Notes under the pieces: generated by a model
Told to the model about the DNA's origin: nothing
Seen by the model: the letters and a program-made list of their open reading frames with translations, nothing else
Databases searched by the model: none
Shown: positions 9,663 through 19,388 of the stretch, in pieces
Layout: each line of letters begins with the position of its first letter
Numbering within the stretch: the stretch's first letter is position 1
Source: Parcubacteria group bacterium
Lineage (GTDB): Bacteria; Patescibacteriota; Minisyncoccia; Phycocordibacterales; UBA2100
Assembly (NCBI GenBank): GCA_943358385.1
Contig: CALRGX010000001.1
Coordinates: 2,380 to 66,379, forward strand
DNA length: 64,000 nt
Reading direction: 5' to 3'
Translations under genes and position numbers: made by a program

Positions 9663-11811
9663 GGTTCATTGGTGCTGATGGTTTGAGTCCTTTGCGTTCT
9701 GCAAAACCTGGATCAGCAGCTTTGATTGAGAGATTGTACCTTCCTTTCTCATCAATCTCCTTTAGTATAACAGGCACCTTCTCTCCGAGTGACACAGCAT
9801 CAGACACTTTCTCGAATCTGAAGGGTGACATTTCCGAAATATGCACCAACCCTTCGGTGTTTGGTCCTATCTTTACGAACGCACCAAAGTCCATCAGGCG
9901 TGTTACCTCGCCTTCGAATCGTTCCCCTACCTCGTACTCGCGAGTCAGGTCGAATATTTCTTGGTGTGCGGCTTCTGCGGTGCCATTTTTGCCAGTGATG
10001 TAGATAGTGCCATCATCATCGATAGAGATTTCCTCCACTTTGGTGCGGTCTTTGATGCCGTTAATCATTTTGCCACCAGGGCCGATGACGAGACCGATCT
10101 GATCTACCGCCACTTTCATGGTGATAATTTTAGGTGCGCGTGGGTTGATGTCAGCGCGTGGGAGAGCGATAGCACCCTTAATAACTTCGAGGATCTCGAG
10201 CCGTGCTTTCTTTGCTTGAGCAAATGCTTCGGTAAGTACTGCAAGAGGAACTCCTTCTACTTTTACGTCCATCTGGACGCCGGTGACACCATCGCGCGTG
10301 CCCGCCACCTTAAAGTCCATATCACCATGGTGGTCTTCGGGCCCTTGGATGTCAGTGAACACTTTGTACACGCCTTTCTTCGCATCCGACATCATACCCA
10401 TTGCAATGCCTGCGACTGGCTTTTTAATCGGCACGCCTGCGTCCATCAATGCCAATGTGCCTGCGCACACGGTACCCATCGAGGTAGAACCGTTACTTGC
10501 CAGACACTCAGACACGATACGGATGGTGTACGGGAATTCGCCCTTTGGTGGGATAACAGCACGAAGTGCTTTCTCAGCTAGTGCGCCGTGGCCAATCATG
10601 CGGCGGTTGGTACCCCCAACGCGCCCTGTTTCACCTACAGAAAATGGGGGGAAGTTGTAGTGCAGCATGAATCGTTTCTTACCATTTTGCTGCTCAATAG
10701 TGTCGATTATTTGGGCCTGATCAGGGCCACCCAAGGTCACAATGCCTAATACGTGTGTTGCACCTCGGTAGAACAATCCCGTGCCATGAAGTATGGGAGA
10801 GATTCCTCCGGCTTGTGCAAAGAGCGGGCGGATTTCATCAAATCGACGACCATCCACGCGCTTCCCTTTCTCGATCGCCAACGTGTGCACGTATTCGTCC
10901 ATGTGGTGCTCAAAGTATCCATCCAGTTTCTTGGAGTCGATATCGGGCACTTGCTCCGCAGCGTGTGCCATCCATTCGCCTTTCAAAATCCCAAAATCTT
11001 CTTTCCGTAAGAGATGATTTTTGTCCTCAATACGCTTCATGATTTGTGAAGCGAAGATGGGGGCGAGGCGTGCATCGTCGGTCATTGCCGGGACGAATGA
11101 GAATTTTTCTGTACCGCCTTCTGCCACTATTTTTGCCTGCCAGACTTGGATTTTCTCGATCTCTTCTGATGCACGGGCGAGTGCCTTCGCCAGTATGTCT
11201 TCACTTACTTCACTTGCACCCACTTCGATCATGTTTATTAAACCATCCTTACCGCACGCGGTAAGGTCGAGCAGTGCTTTCGGAGTACCGTCCTCGTCAC
11301 GTTCCTTGTACGTAGGATTCACGATGAACTGGTCGTTTCCTTCCACTAAGCCAACTCGAATCGAGGAAACAGGGCCATTAAAAGGAATCTGTGATGTGGA
11401 GAGTGCCAACGACGCTGCGGTGACCGCCAAGATGTCGGCGTCGTACTCTTCCAGGGAGAGAACGGTAATAATGACCTGTACATCGCGCTTCAGCCCCTTT
11501 GGAAAGAGTGGGCGAATCGTTCTGTCGACAATGCGGCCTGAAAGCACAGCTTCATCCGATGGCTTACCTTCGCGACGCATAAAACGAGAGCCAAGAATGG
11601 CACCGGTGGCGTAGAAACGCTCTTCGTATTCGACAGAGAGGGGGAAATAGTCGAGCTGGGACTCCTTTGATCCCATGACGGCTGTTGCTAAAACAGCCGA
11701 GTTGCCATAGCGCACCAAAACTGATCCGTGTGCTTGGTCAGCCCAGTTGTTAAATTCTGCCGAGAGTGTCTTCCCTGCTACTTCCAATTCGTACACTTTT
11801 TTCTCCAACAT
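9607..11811 (-). CDS. pnp: polynucleotide phosphorylase
   Basis: Two RNase PH domains, KH and S1 domains; N-terminus MLEKKVYELEVAGKTLSAEF. Confidence 0.9.
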   Translation of the reverse strand: MLEKKVYELEVAGKTLSAEFNNWADQAHGSVLVRYGNSAVLATAVMGSKESQLDYFPLSVEYEERFYATGAILGSRFMRREGKPSDEAVLSGRIVDRTIRPLFPKGLKRDVQVIITVLSLEEYDADILAVTAASLALSTSQIPFNGPVSSIRVGLVEGNDQFIVNPTYKERDEDGTPKALLDLTACGKDGLINMIEVGASEVSEDILAKALARASEEIEKIQVWQAKIVAEGGTEKFSFVPAMTDDARLAPIFASQIMKRIEDKNHLLRKEDFGILKGEWMAHAAEQVPDIDSKKLDGYFEHHMDEYVHTLAIEKGKRVDGRRFDEIRPLFAQAGGISPILHGTGLFYRGATHVLGIVTLGGPDQAQIIDTIEQQNGKKRFMLHYNFPPFSVGETGRVGGTNRRMIGHGALAEKALRAVIPPKGEFPYTIRIVSECLASNGSTSMGTVCAGTLALMDAGVPIKKPVAGIAMGMMSDAKKGVYKVFTDIQGPEDHHGDMDFKVAGTRDGVTGVQMDVKVEGVPLAVLTEAFAQAKKARLEILEVIKGAIALPRADINPRAPKIITMKVAVDQIGLVIGPGGKMINGIKDRTKVEEISIDDDGTIYITGKNGTAEAAHQEIFDLTREYEVGERFEGEVTRLMDFGAFVKIGPNTEGLVHISEMSPFRFEKVSDAVSLGEKVPVILKEIDEKGRYNLSIKAADPGFAERKGLKPSAPMNHARGEQPKRENSSPGDRV

Positions 11812-11977
11812 AGGTCATCTGTAAAATAATGTGGCTCTCAGATTTCAGTATTCGTACCCACCAAGGGTGCAAATGCTGCGTATCCAAGAGTCACGCGAGT
11901 AATGAAGCTACTGTAGCAGAAAAAAAGAGGCGGTGGTATGGTGCCCAAAGCTGCAGTAGAAAAGGCGAGGTTCTCTT

Positions 11978-12238
11978 ATGTGGAAGCATACGCTCTATGT
12001 CGCTGCCGGACTCTTAGGTATCCCCGTACTGGCAGTCGGGATAGTTTCTTTGGTCCCGGCCCCAGGAAAAGCCCAAGCAAATAGACCTGAGATGATGACG
12101 TTTGTCGGGAAGATCCCGATCGATGGCACGTACGAGCACCTTCATCACTACCAGAGCAAGAATGGCACCAACTGTTTCGTTTTGGTGACAGAACGAGGTG
12201 CCAAAACGGCGCAGCACATCTCCTGTGTGCGCAACTGA
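11978..12238 (+). CDS. small hypothetical protein with N-terminal hydrophobic segment (86 aa)
   Basis: ORF with signal/TM-like N-terminus (LYVAAGLLGIPVLAVGIVSLVPAPG). No homology recognised. Confidence 0.3.
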   Translation: MWKHTLYVAAGLLGIPVLAVGIVSLVPAPGKAQANRPEMMTFVGKIPIDGTYEHLHHYQSKNGTNCFVLVTERGAKTAQHISCVRN

Positions 12239-12291
12239 GCACCTGTTTGCCGCCGCCTCTTCGAGGCGGCGGCTCTGTGTATACTGAGCCT

Positions 12292-12885
12292 ATGAAACAG
12301 TTATTTTTTGTGCACGGCGGTGATTCACTCAAGGCTGGAGAAGATTTTTTCACCCATTGGGAATCGGATGCATTGTGGCGAGTTATGGATCCATTTGTGA
12401 AGGGGCTGCCACATAAGAAATGGAAAGAAGACCTGTTTGAAAAACTGGGAGTTGATTGGGTATGCGCGGCACCCCGCTTCCCCAACGACATGGATGCGCA
12501 CTACGTGCAGTGGAAATGGTGGTTTGAAAAACACACTCCGTTTATGAAAGACGGAGTGGTACTCGTCGGGCACTCGCTCGGCGGCAACTTTCTGGGCAAG
12601 TATCTTGCCGAAAACGAGCTTCCTATTCGTGTAGGGCAGCTTCACTTGGTGGCACCAGCGTGGGGTGAAGGTGATTTCATCATGCCTGTGAGTCTGGCGT
12701 TAATTGAAAGACAAGTGTCTCGTACACACATCTACCACTCTAGTGATGATGTGGTGGTGCCAATTGCACACGGTGAGCGTTTTGCTGCCGCGCTCCCATC
12801 CGCAGAATTTGTGCGCTTTTTGGATAGAAATCACTTCTTTGCACAAGTAGAGTTCCCGGAATTACTTGAAAGACTACAGCGCTAA
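12292..12885 (+). CDS. alpha/beta-fold serine hydrolase (YdeN/RBBP9-like)
   Basis: FVHGG oxyanion-region start and GHSLGG nucleophile elbow. Start set at MKQLFFVHGG. Confidence 0.65.
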   Translation: MKQLFFVHGGDSLKAGEDFFTHWESDALWRVMDPFVKGLPHKKWKEDLFEKLGVDWVCAAPRFPNDMDAHYVQWKWWFEKHTPFMKDGVVLVGHSLGGNFLGKYLAENELPIRVGQLHLVAPAWGEGDFIMPVSLALIERQVSRTHIYHSSDDVVVPIAHGERFAAALPSAEFVRFLDRNHFFAQVEFPELLERLQR

Positions 12886-12888
12886 TCA

Positions 12889-12921
12889 GAAAAAAAACCG
12901 CACTACAGTGCGGTTTTTTTG
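12889..12921. terminator. bidirectional terminator
   Basis: aaaaaaaccgcac-taca-gtgcggttttttt between convergent genes. Confidence 0.65.
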
Positions 12922-13530
12922 CTACCAGCCAGTTGATGAGTCTTCTGTTGGCTCGACGAATGAATCTTCGGCAGGTATTTCTTCCTTTGGTTCGCGTCCT
13001 TTGCGTGAGAAGCGGGGGGCGCGATAATTAATGAGATAGCGACGTGGATCCTTATCCATATCGATAAAGTCGTTTGCAGCCTCCTTTAGTTTTGAAGAAG
13101 ATGATCGGCCAAATGAAATGACCTCAACCTGGCACCCCTCGTTGATTTTAAGGTACTCAACTAATGGTACAAAGTCTCCATCTCCGGTTGCCAAGATGAT
13201 GGCGTCAAGCTTTGGTGCAGCAGAAACTGCATCGATAGCCAAGCCAACGTCCCAGTCTGCTTTTTTGGCACCTCCAAAGAATATCTGGAGTGGTTTCGTG
13301 CGAATTTCAATACCCACTTTTTGGAGAGCTTCAAAAAAAGGCTTTTCATCGCCAGATTCGGTGTCTACTACGTAGGCTCGCGCACGGATGAGCTGGCGCC
13401 CTGCTACTGCATCCTTCAAAACGCTATCAAAATTTACCTTAGCGTGGTAGAGGTTGCGCGCACTGTGATAAAGGTTTTGCGTATCAATGAATACGGCCAC
13501 ACGCTGGCCGGGGTGTTTTATAACGTTCAT
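12922..13530 (-). CDS. NYN-domain (LabA-like, PIN-related) protein
   Basis: VAVFIDTQNLYHSA, DWDVGLAIDA and ILATGDGDFVPLV motifs of the NYN/LabA family. Start set at MNVIKH. Confidence 0.7.
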   Translation of the reverse strand: MNVIKHPGQRVAVFIDTQNLYHSARNLYHAKVNFDSVLKDAVAGRQLIRARAYVVDTESGDEKPFFEALQKVGIEIRTKPLQIFFGGAKKADWDVGLAIDAVSAAPKLDAIILATGDGDFVPLVEYLKINEGCQVEVISFGRSSSSKLKEAANDFIDMDKDPRRYLINYRAPRFSRKGREPKEEIPAEDSFVEPTEDSSTGW

Positions 13531-13636
13531 AACGTAATGTAGTAAGAGACCGCAGCCTCCTATCAAGTATAGGTAATCTAATTAAAAAAAGAGAAAAGTG
13601 GAGAATTTGGCCAAGAACGGTAGCTGCGGCTGCCGT

Positions 13637-13903
13637 CTATTTCTTGAGTCCAAGCTTCTTGACGAGCGCGTTGTATGAACGCTTGTCGTTCTTTTCGAGG
13701 TACTTCAAATGCCGACGGCGGTCAGCAACGAGCCCCAAAAGACCGCGACGTGAGTGCTTATCTTTGTGGTTTTTCTTCAAATGGTCAGAAAGCTCATCAA
13801 TACGGCGAGAAAGGACGGCAACCTGAACTTCAGGCGAGCCAGTATCCTCGTCGTGGCGACGGGTTTTCTTCATTTCGTTGACTTTCTTCTGCTTCGTCAG
13901 CAT
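13637..13903 (-). CDS. rpsO: 30S ribosomal protein S15
   Basis: GSPEVQVAVLSRRIDELSDHLKKNHKDKHSRRGLLGLVADRRRHLKYL matches S15. Start set at MLTKQKK. Confidence 0.9.
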   Translation of the reverse strand: MLTKQKKVNEMKKTRRHDEDTGSPEVQVAVLSRRIDELSDHLKKNHKDKHSRRGLLGLVADRRRHLKYLEKNDKRSYNALVKKLGLKK

Positions 13904-13933
13904 GATGCAAGTATAGCACAGCTGTTTGTGATT

Positions 13934-13984
13934 TGCAAGTCCGCACACCTTAGGCCGCGGTGCGGCTAAGGTGTGCGGGCAAGC
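13934..13984. repeat. copy 1 of a ~50-nt palindromic intergenic repeat (second copy at 35885-35934)
   Basis: tgcaagtccgcacaccttaggccgcggtgcggctaaggtgtgcgggcaagc. It contains a 14-bp bulged hairpin and aligns in register with copy 2 at about 84% identity. Confidence 0.6.
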
Positions 13985-14168
13985 CCCGCCCCATGGGGCC
14001 GAAGGACCGTAAAATCCTTACTCTCTATGATTTTAGGTGTAAGTGCCACCTATCTCAACCATGCTGCAAGCTCGTTCTGTTCAGTATATAAAATCTGCGG
14101 CAGACATTAGCCGCTTTGCTTTCGACTCAGGAAAAATATTGTGCGACGCCCCATGCTATGCTTTTTGT

Positions 14169-15083
14169 ATGGCGAGTAAATCCCCTATTGAAGAATATAA
14201 GCAGCAGTTTTTGGAATATGTGGAAATTGAGCGGGGCAGATCGGTAAAAACCGTTGAAAACTATGACCATTACCTCACTCGATTCTTTGAACAGGCAAAA
14301 GTAAGGCGCCCCGAAGACATTTCACATAGTACCGTACGAAAATTTCGTATTTGGTTGAATCGCCAAGACGGTACTACGGGAAGCCTAAAAAAACGCACTC
14401 AAAACTACTACCTAATCGCACTGCGCGCTTTTTTAAAGTATCTGCGCAAACACAACATTAAGACGCTCCAGCCCGAGACGATTGAGTTGGCAAAACTTCC
14501 TGACAGAGAGATCGACATGATAAGCGAATCTGACCTCATGCGCCTATTAAAAGCTCCTGAAGGTAGTTCCCTTTCCGTATTGCGCGACCGAGCCATCCTT
14601 GAAACGCTCTTTTCTACAGGTTTGCGTGTCTCTGAGCTCACTTCTCTTAATCAAGACATTGATTTGTCGCGCGACGAAATAACAGTACGAGGAAAGGGTG
14701 AAAAACTGCGCGTGGTATTTTTCTCTCCCACGGCAAAGGCTGCTATAGCGCACTACCTTAAGCAAAGGGATGATTTCGACGAGGCGCTCTTTGTGCAATA
14801 CGGGAAAAACCTGAAGCAAGCAAAAGAGCGGCGCCTCACTCCGCGCTCGGTAGAGCGAATGGTGAAGAAGTACGCCATAAAAGCAGGTATAACCAAGAAG
14901 GTGACACCCCATATCGTGCGGCACAGTTTTGCAACAGATTTGTTGCAAAACGGTGCGGATATACGTAGTGTCCAGGTACTCTTGGGGCACGCCAGTATCA
15001 ACACCACCCAGATTTACACGCACGTCACTGACAAGCACCTCCGTGAGATTCATAGCAAATTCCACGGCAAACGCCGCTCGTAG
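14169..15083 (+). CDS. tyrosine site-specific recombinase (XerC/XerD family)
   Basis: N-terminal SAM-like domain and C-terminal catalytic residues in RHSFATDLL...LGHASINTTQIYTHV. Start set at MASKSP. Confidence 0.8.
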   Translation: MASKSPIEEYKQQFLEYVEIERGRSVKTVENYDHYLTRFFEQAKVRRPEDISHSTVRKFRIWLNRQDGTTGSLKKRTQNYYLIALRAFLKYLRKHNIKTLQPETIELAKLPDREIDMISESDLMRLLKAPEGSSLSVLRDRAILETLFSTGLRVSELTSLNQDIDLSRDEITVRGKGEKLRVVFFSPTAKAAIAHYLKQRDDFDEALFVQYGKNLKQAKERRLTPRSVERMVKKYAIKAGITKKVTPHIVRHSFATDLLQNGADIRSVQVLLGHASINTTQIYTHVTDKHLREIHSKFHGKRRS

Positions 15084-15135
15084 TGTGTGCATAGCAGTGT
15101 TTTGCGTTTCTGCGTGTATAGCCTAGGATGTTGCT

Positions 15136-15672
15136 ATGCACCCCACCTCTCCTGAAGACATTAAATCTACGATGGTATTGTTTGCGCTGAAACACCCTTT
15201 AGGTGTAATTGCAACGAGTTCTTCCTCAAATTACCCGTCCGCATCGTGGGTATACGTATTCCCGCATGATGATTTCACTTTCTATGTGGGAGCACGAACG
15301 ACCACCCAGAAGTTTCACGATATTGAGGAAAATTCCGCTGTTTCTATAGCATTGGCAGATGCGGGTACCCTAGAAACGTTGCAGATACGGGGAGAGGCAG
15401 AGGCAATAGCAGACCCTGTACAGGTGCGCCAGCTGCTAGAAACTCTGCGTGAAACTTTCTCCAAAGAGCGCAAGGGATGGATGGCGCCAGCAGATCGAGA
15501 CACGCACGGATTGTATAACATCGACGTATCACGTTGGGTGCCCCCTGTGTCACAGATGCGCGAAGGGGCCTATATATTTTACAAAATTACACCTGCTTGG
15601 GCGCGCTACCGCCGCTATGATGCAGACTGGAAGGAAGGACGAGACTACACAGAGTACGAGATAAAAACGTAG
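15136..15672 (+). CDS. pyridoxamine 5'-phosphate oxidase-like FMN-binding split-barrel protein
   Basis: Size and the pattern LFALKHPLGVIATSSSSNYPSASWVYV fit the PNPOx-like family. Weak assignment. Confidence 0.5.
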   Translation: MHPTSPEDIKSTMVLFALKHPLGVIATSSSSNYPSASWVYVFPHDDFTFYVGARTTTQKFHDIEENSAVSIALADAGTLETLQIRGEAEAIADPVQVRQLLETLRETFSKERKGWMAPADRDTHGLYNIDVSRWVPPVSQMREGAYIFYKITPAWARYRRYDADWKEGRDYTEYEIKT

Positions 15673-15750
15673 CCAGGGTTGTTGTGGGGGGCATGGTCAC
15701 GGTGTAAGTGCGCGAGTATTCTGCGCAACGATTGTGCTAGCATGCGCTGT

Positions 15751-16542
15751 ATGAGAATTGTTTCATGGAACGTGAATGGTATACGAAGTGTACACAATAA
15801 GGGGCTGTTTCTCCCGATGATTGAAACACTGAAACCTGATATTTTATGCCTGCAGGAGACCAAGGCAGAACAAGGTCAGGCAGTCATTGATTTGCCGGAC
15901 TACGAGGAATACTGGCACTCTGCCCAAAAAAAAGGCTATAGTGGCACTGCTATATTTACTAAAATTAAGCCATTGAAAGTTTTGGTGGGCTTCGATCCTG
16001 CTGTTGCCAAAAAGTACAATTTGGTCGACAGTTATGGCGATCTGACACATGAAGGGCGCGTAATAACCCTTGAGTTTAAAGACTTTTTTGTCGTCAACTG
16101 TTACACACCGAACTCCAAAGGTGACCTCTCTCGTCTCCCGATGCGGCACAAACAGTGGGACCCTGCATTTCTCGAGCATTGCAAATCACTCGCAGAGAGC
16201 AAGGAAGTTTTCTTTTGCGGCGATTTAAACGTCGCGCACACGCCTGACGACGTTGCAAATGCCAAAGCGAATGAGGGTGAGCACGGTTTCACTGTGGAGG
16301 AACGTGAAGGCGTGGACCATATGATTGAAGCGGGTTTTGTAGATACTTTCAGAATTTTTGAAAAGGATAAAGGGCACTATACCTGGTGGACCCCATGGAG
16401 AAATGCTCGTGAGCGAAACGTGGGGTGGCGCATCGACTATATATTTGTGAGCAAAAAAATAGCGAAGAAGGTTTCCCATGCAACAATCCACCCACGTGTA
16501 CTCGGATCAGATCACTGTCCTGTCTCAGTGGATATTGCATAA
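15751..16542 (+). CDS. xthA: exodeoxyribonuclease III (AP endonuclease)
   Basis: MRIVSWNVNGIRS, LCLQETK, the DLNVAHTPDD region and the C-terminal SDHCPV: classic EEP/ExoIII signatures. Confidence 0.85.
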   Translation: MRIVSWNVNGIRSVHNKGLFLPMIETLKPDILCLQETKAEQGQAVIDLPDYEEYWHSAQKKGYSGTAIFTKIKPLKVLVGFDPAVAKKYNLVDSYGDLTHEGRVITLEFKDFFVVNCYTPNSKGDLSRLPMRHKQWDPAFLEHCKSLAESKEVFFCGDLNVAHTPDDVANAKANEGEHGFTVEEREGVDHMIEAGFVDTFRIFEKDKGHYTWWTPWRNARERNVGWRIDYIFVSKKIAKKVSHATIHPRVLGSDHCPVSVDIA

Positions 16543-16937
16543 AGGACATTTCCAAGTCTGTGTTCAGGCGAGAGGTGTGGAGTTGTCCACAGGTGGCGTG
16601 AATATGTCCTTTACATCTTTCTATAAAGGACAGATACTACATGAAGAAATTGTTCATTACACATAAGCGTCTTCTATGTGCCGAGGATCACATAGACACA
16701 AATAATAAACAAATTACCTCCAACAAAAAACGTAATAGTAGGAGCGAAAACATAAGAAGCCGAGACTTCTAAAAAGTAACTCTGATTGGAATAAAAGGTA
16801 CATTAATAAAATTGTGAAAAAGATGCGTCTAAAAGGTCGCTTCGTGGGGATATACAAAACCGCGAAGCGGCTTTTGTTTTTGTATTTTTGTGTTATGGTG
16901 ACATTTAGCGTAAAGCTTGCCCGCAACAGGAGGTGGC

Positions 16938-17480
16938 ATGACCGTTCGATACTACGCCAGCTTCTGGCGGACAATCCGGTATGCTCATGTATGCATACCG
17001 ACCGTTCGAAAAGAGAATTTTACGACACTGGGGACCCCTGAAATACTCCTGGTGCTCGATAAAGCAGACAAGGCGCCCCGCGAGCCGTGGTGGCGAATTC
17101 CTGGGGGTAGTATTGAAGATGGTGAAACCCCTGCAGCTGCTATGCACCGTGAGTTTCATGAAGAAACCAGCTGTCAGGTGCCCAAAACTGAAACCGTGTT
17201 GCAAAACAACGGTGGTCAGTTGGCTAACAAGACGAGGGCACTTCTTGTGGTTGGTATTAGCCCGCAGAAGATACTGCTTCCTGAGAACTTTAAGACGTCT
17301 GAGGTCTTTGCTGTGCGATACTTCCCCATCGATGCTCTTCCTTTCACTGGGAAAGAGCTTGGATCCGAGAGTTGCCGCCTGGACCGCTTTACGTATGAAC
17401 TGTTTGTGGCTTGCATACGAAGAAATTGGCGCCTATTGGAGCACCAAGGTATCGTCTCGTCGTTCAATTCGGTTCTATAA
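16938..17480 (+). CDS. NUDIX hydrolase (second copy in window)
   Basis: Nudix box GGSIEDGETPAAAMHREFHEETS. Confidence 0.7.
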   Translation: MTVRYYASFWRTIRYAHVCIPTVRKENFTTLGTPEILLVLDKADKAPREPWWRIPGGSIEDGETPAAAMHREFHEETSCQVPKTETVLQNNGGQLANKTRALLVVGISPQKILLPENFKTSEVFAVRYFPIDALPFTGKELGSESCRLDRFTYELFVACIRRNWRLLEHQGIVSSFNSVL

Positions 17481-17504
17481 ACCCCGCACGAGCTGCGGGG
17501 TTTC
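17481..17504. terminator. bidirectional terminator
   Basis: aaccccgcacg-agc-tgcggggttt between convergent NUDIX and cca genes. Confidence 0.6.
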
Positions 17505-17505
17505 A

Positions 17506-18972
17506 CTATACAACCTTGTATTTTTTTCTCAGCAAGGCAATCTCTTTTTCGTCTTCCTCAGATCGTCTATCCTTCCCCGCCTCCCCTACAATCCGCAGCT
17601 CCTCTTCTGGAAGGGCGAGTAGTGCAAGGGTGCGTTCTTCCAGGTATTGTTCGGTGTTTTTTATGGGATCATCGAGCACTTCTTCAAGGAGCGCATGTAG
17701 CACCCAACCCAGGCGTTTACTTGGTTTCTCGCTACTTATTGCCATAATGCGGGCGCCGTCTATTTTCAACATAGCGACCGAAATAGGATCTCGGAGCGCT
17801 TCTTCCACCATAGAAATGTATTTTCGCAGTCGAAAAGGTTGCTCTTTGGGCCGTCCGGTGCCAATACGGTCACAAATGCGCAGATTAAGAAGGTCCCAGA
17901 TCCTCTTCTCCCCCACGTTTGCGATGGTACGGCGGACGGCTGATAGGCTTATTTCATCCGGGTCTGAAAAGAACATGTGCCAGCGTATCAGGGAAACTAC
18001 TTCCTCTGAAATTTCCTTCGAAAAATGCAGGTTCTGCAGTATTTTTCTGGCCATTTTGGCCCCAACCACTTCGTGGCCATGGAAAGACCAGTCGTTCTTT
18101 TTAGCGTCGTGGGCGCGTGTGCGTGGCTTGCCAATGTCATGGAGAAGTGCCGCAAGACGCACCGGAAGGGGCCATTTCTTGTCAGCCGCATGCTGCAGAC
18201 TACGGAGAAGGTGCTCGAATACGTCAAAAGCATGTGCTTGATTCTGCGAGCAACCTATGCCTTCTTCGAGTTCGGGAATAATGTGGCTCAGAAGGCCGAC
18301 TTTTTGGGCAATGTAGAGTGCCTGCATAGGGGCGTCAGTGTTCAAAATTTTAACCAACTCATCACGGATACGCTCTTTTGATATCTTCCCCAACTGTGGT
18401 GCATTTTCAGCGATGCCTGCGAGTGTGCTGGGTTCAATAGTAAAACCAAGCTCCGCGGAGAGACGGATGGCGCGCATCATGCGGAGTGCATCTTCAGCAA
18501 AACGGGTACGAGCCTCCCCCACTGTGCGAAGCGTTTTGCGTCCAATGTCTTCAATTCCTTCATGCAGGTCGACGATTTCTTCCTTGAGTGGCTCGTACGC
18601 AATTGCATTAACCGTGAAATCACGTCTGCGGAGGTCCTCTACGATGGTGTCAGCAAATCGAATGTCGTCCGGGCGGCGTGCGTCACTGTACTTCCCCTCC
18701 TCGCGATATGGTGTTATTTCGATGATGCTTAGTCTGGGGTCGGTGCTCTCTGTTTTGACCCCCACTGTGCCAAATGTATTTTCATAGAATGAGTCCGGAA
18801 AGACTTCCTGTATCTGTTCAGGGTTGGCATTTGTGGTGATATCCCAATCTTTGGGCTCTTTTCCTATGAGTAGGTCTCGCACACAACCACCAATCAGATA
18901 TCCCTCATAGCCGGCGGCAGCAAGCTTCTCCGAAACGATGCGGACTTCGGTCGGGACGTCGAGCTTTCGCAT
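17506..18972 (-). CDS. cca: CCA-adding tRNA nucleotidyltransferase with HD domain
   Basis: Poly(A) polymerase head domain motifs GGCVRDLLIG and DWDITT, plus an HD domain (HD...LLHDIGK). Confidence 0.85.
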   Translation of the reverse strand: MRKLDVPTEVRIVSEKLAAAGYEGYLIGGCVRDLLIGKEPKDWDITTNANPEQIQEVFPDSFYENTFGTVGVKTESTDPRLSIIEITPYREEGKYSDARRPDDIRFADTIVEDLRRRDFTVNAIAYEPLKEEIVDLHEGIEDIGRKTLRTVGEARTRFAEDALRMMRAIRLSAELGFTIEPSTLAGIAENAPQLGKISKERIRDELVKILNTDAPMQALYIAQKVGLLSHIIPELEEGIGCSQNQAHAFDVFEHLLRSLQHAADKKWPLPVRLAALLHDIGKPRTRAHDAKKNDWSFHGHEVVGAKMARKILQNLHFSKEISEEVVSLIRWHMFFSDPDEISLSAVRRTIANVGEKRIWDLLNLRICDRIGTGRPKEQPFRLRKYISMVEEALRDPISVAMLKIDGARIMAISSEKPSKRLGWVLHALLEEVLDDPIKNTEQYLEERTLALLALPEEELRIVGEAGKDRRSEEDEKEIALLRKKYKVV

Positions 18973-19119
18973 GGGAGCATTGTAGTACTTTTGTTGTATT
19001 TGGGCGACTTCAAGCGTATCATTGTGGCCAGCGAGGATCGAAGTGAAAATTGTGATGCAACTTTCACTTCGTCCGAGCGAAGACGCAAAGAGGTCTGGAC
19101 AAACGCCTTATTGTGCCGC

Positions 19120-19191
19120 GCTCCCGTGGTGAAACGGATATCACGACTGACTTCGGATCAGTTGTTCCAGGTTCGAGTCCTGGCGGGAGCA
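19120..19191 (+). tRNA. tRNA-Arg (anticodon TCG)
   Basis: Manual cloverleaf fold: acceptor GCTCCCG/CGGGAGC, D-stem GTGA/TCAC, anticodon stem ACTGA/TCAGT with loop CTTCGGA, T-arm CCAGG-TTCGAGT-CCTGG, discriminator A. No encoded CCA. Confidence 0.8.
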
Positions 19192-19247
19192 CAAAACGAA
19201 GAAGCTGGATGCATAAGCATTCAGCAATTTTCGTTTTGTAGCCACGA

Positions 19248-19388
19248 CCAGGACTCGAAAGGCGGAGCTCGAATGAATACCGAGTGATATGCGGTAGAAA
19301 ACGAGCGAGCCAGGGCAGGAGCCACTTTCTCGAGCGCGGAGCTTCCGAGAGATTAGTGAGTTGCGCCGAGTCCTGGCGGGAGCACAAG
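19248..19388 (+). repeat. tRNA-associated conserved noncoding module, copy A (downstream of tRNA-Arg)
   Basis: In order: antisense T-arm segment ccaggactcgaa, then a conserved core (aggcggagctcgaatgaataccgag ... ggtagaaaacgagcgagc ... ccactttctcgagcgcggagcttccgagagattagtgagttgcgccga), then a direct repeat of the tRNA-Arg 3' end (gagtcctggcgggagcacaa). The core is near-identical to the copy at 26495-26673. Confidence 0.65.

Noticed and set aside
9683-11614. Multiple plus-strand ORFs (9683-10003, 9841-10581, 10283-10660, 11021-11614) inside pnp
   Set aside because: They are antisense to the PNPase gene. This is typical spurious reading of a long high-complexity CDS.
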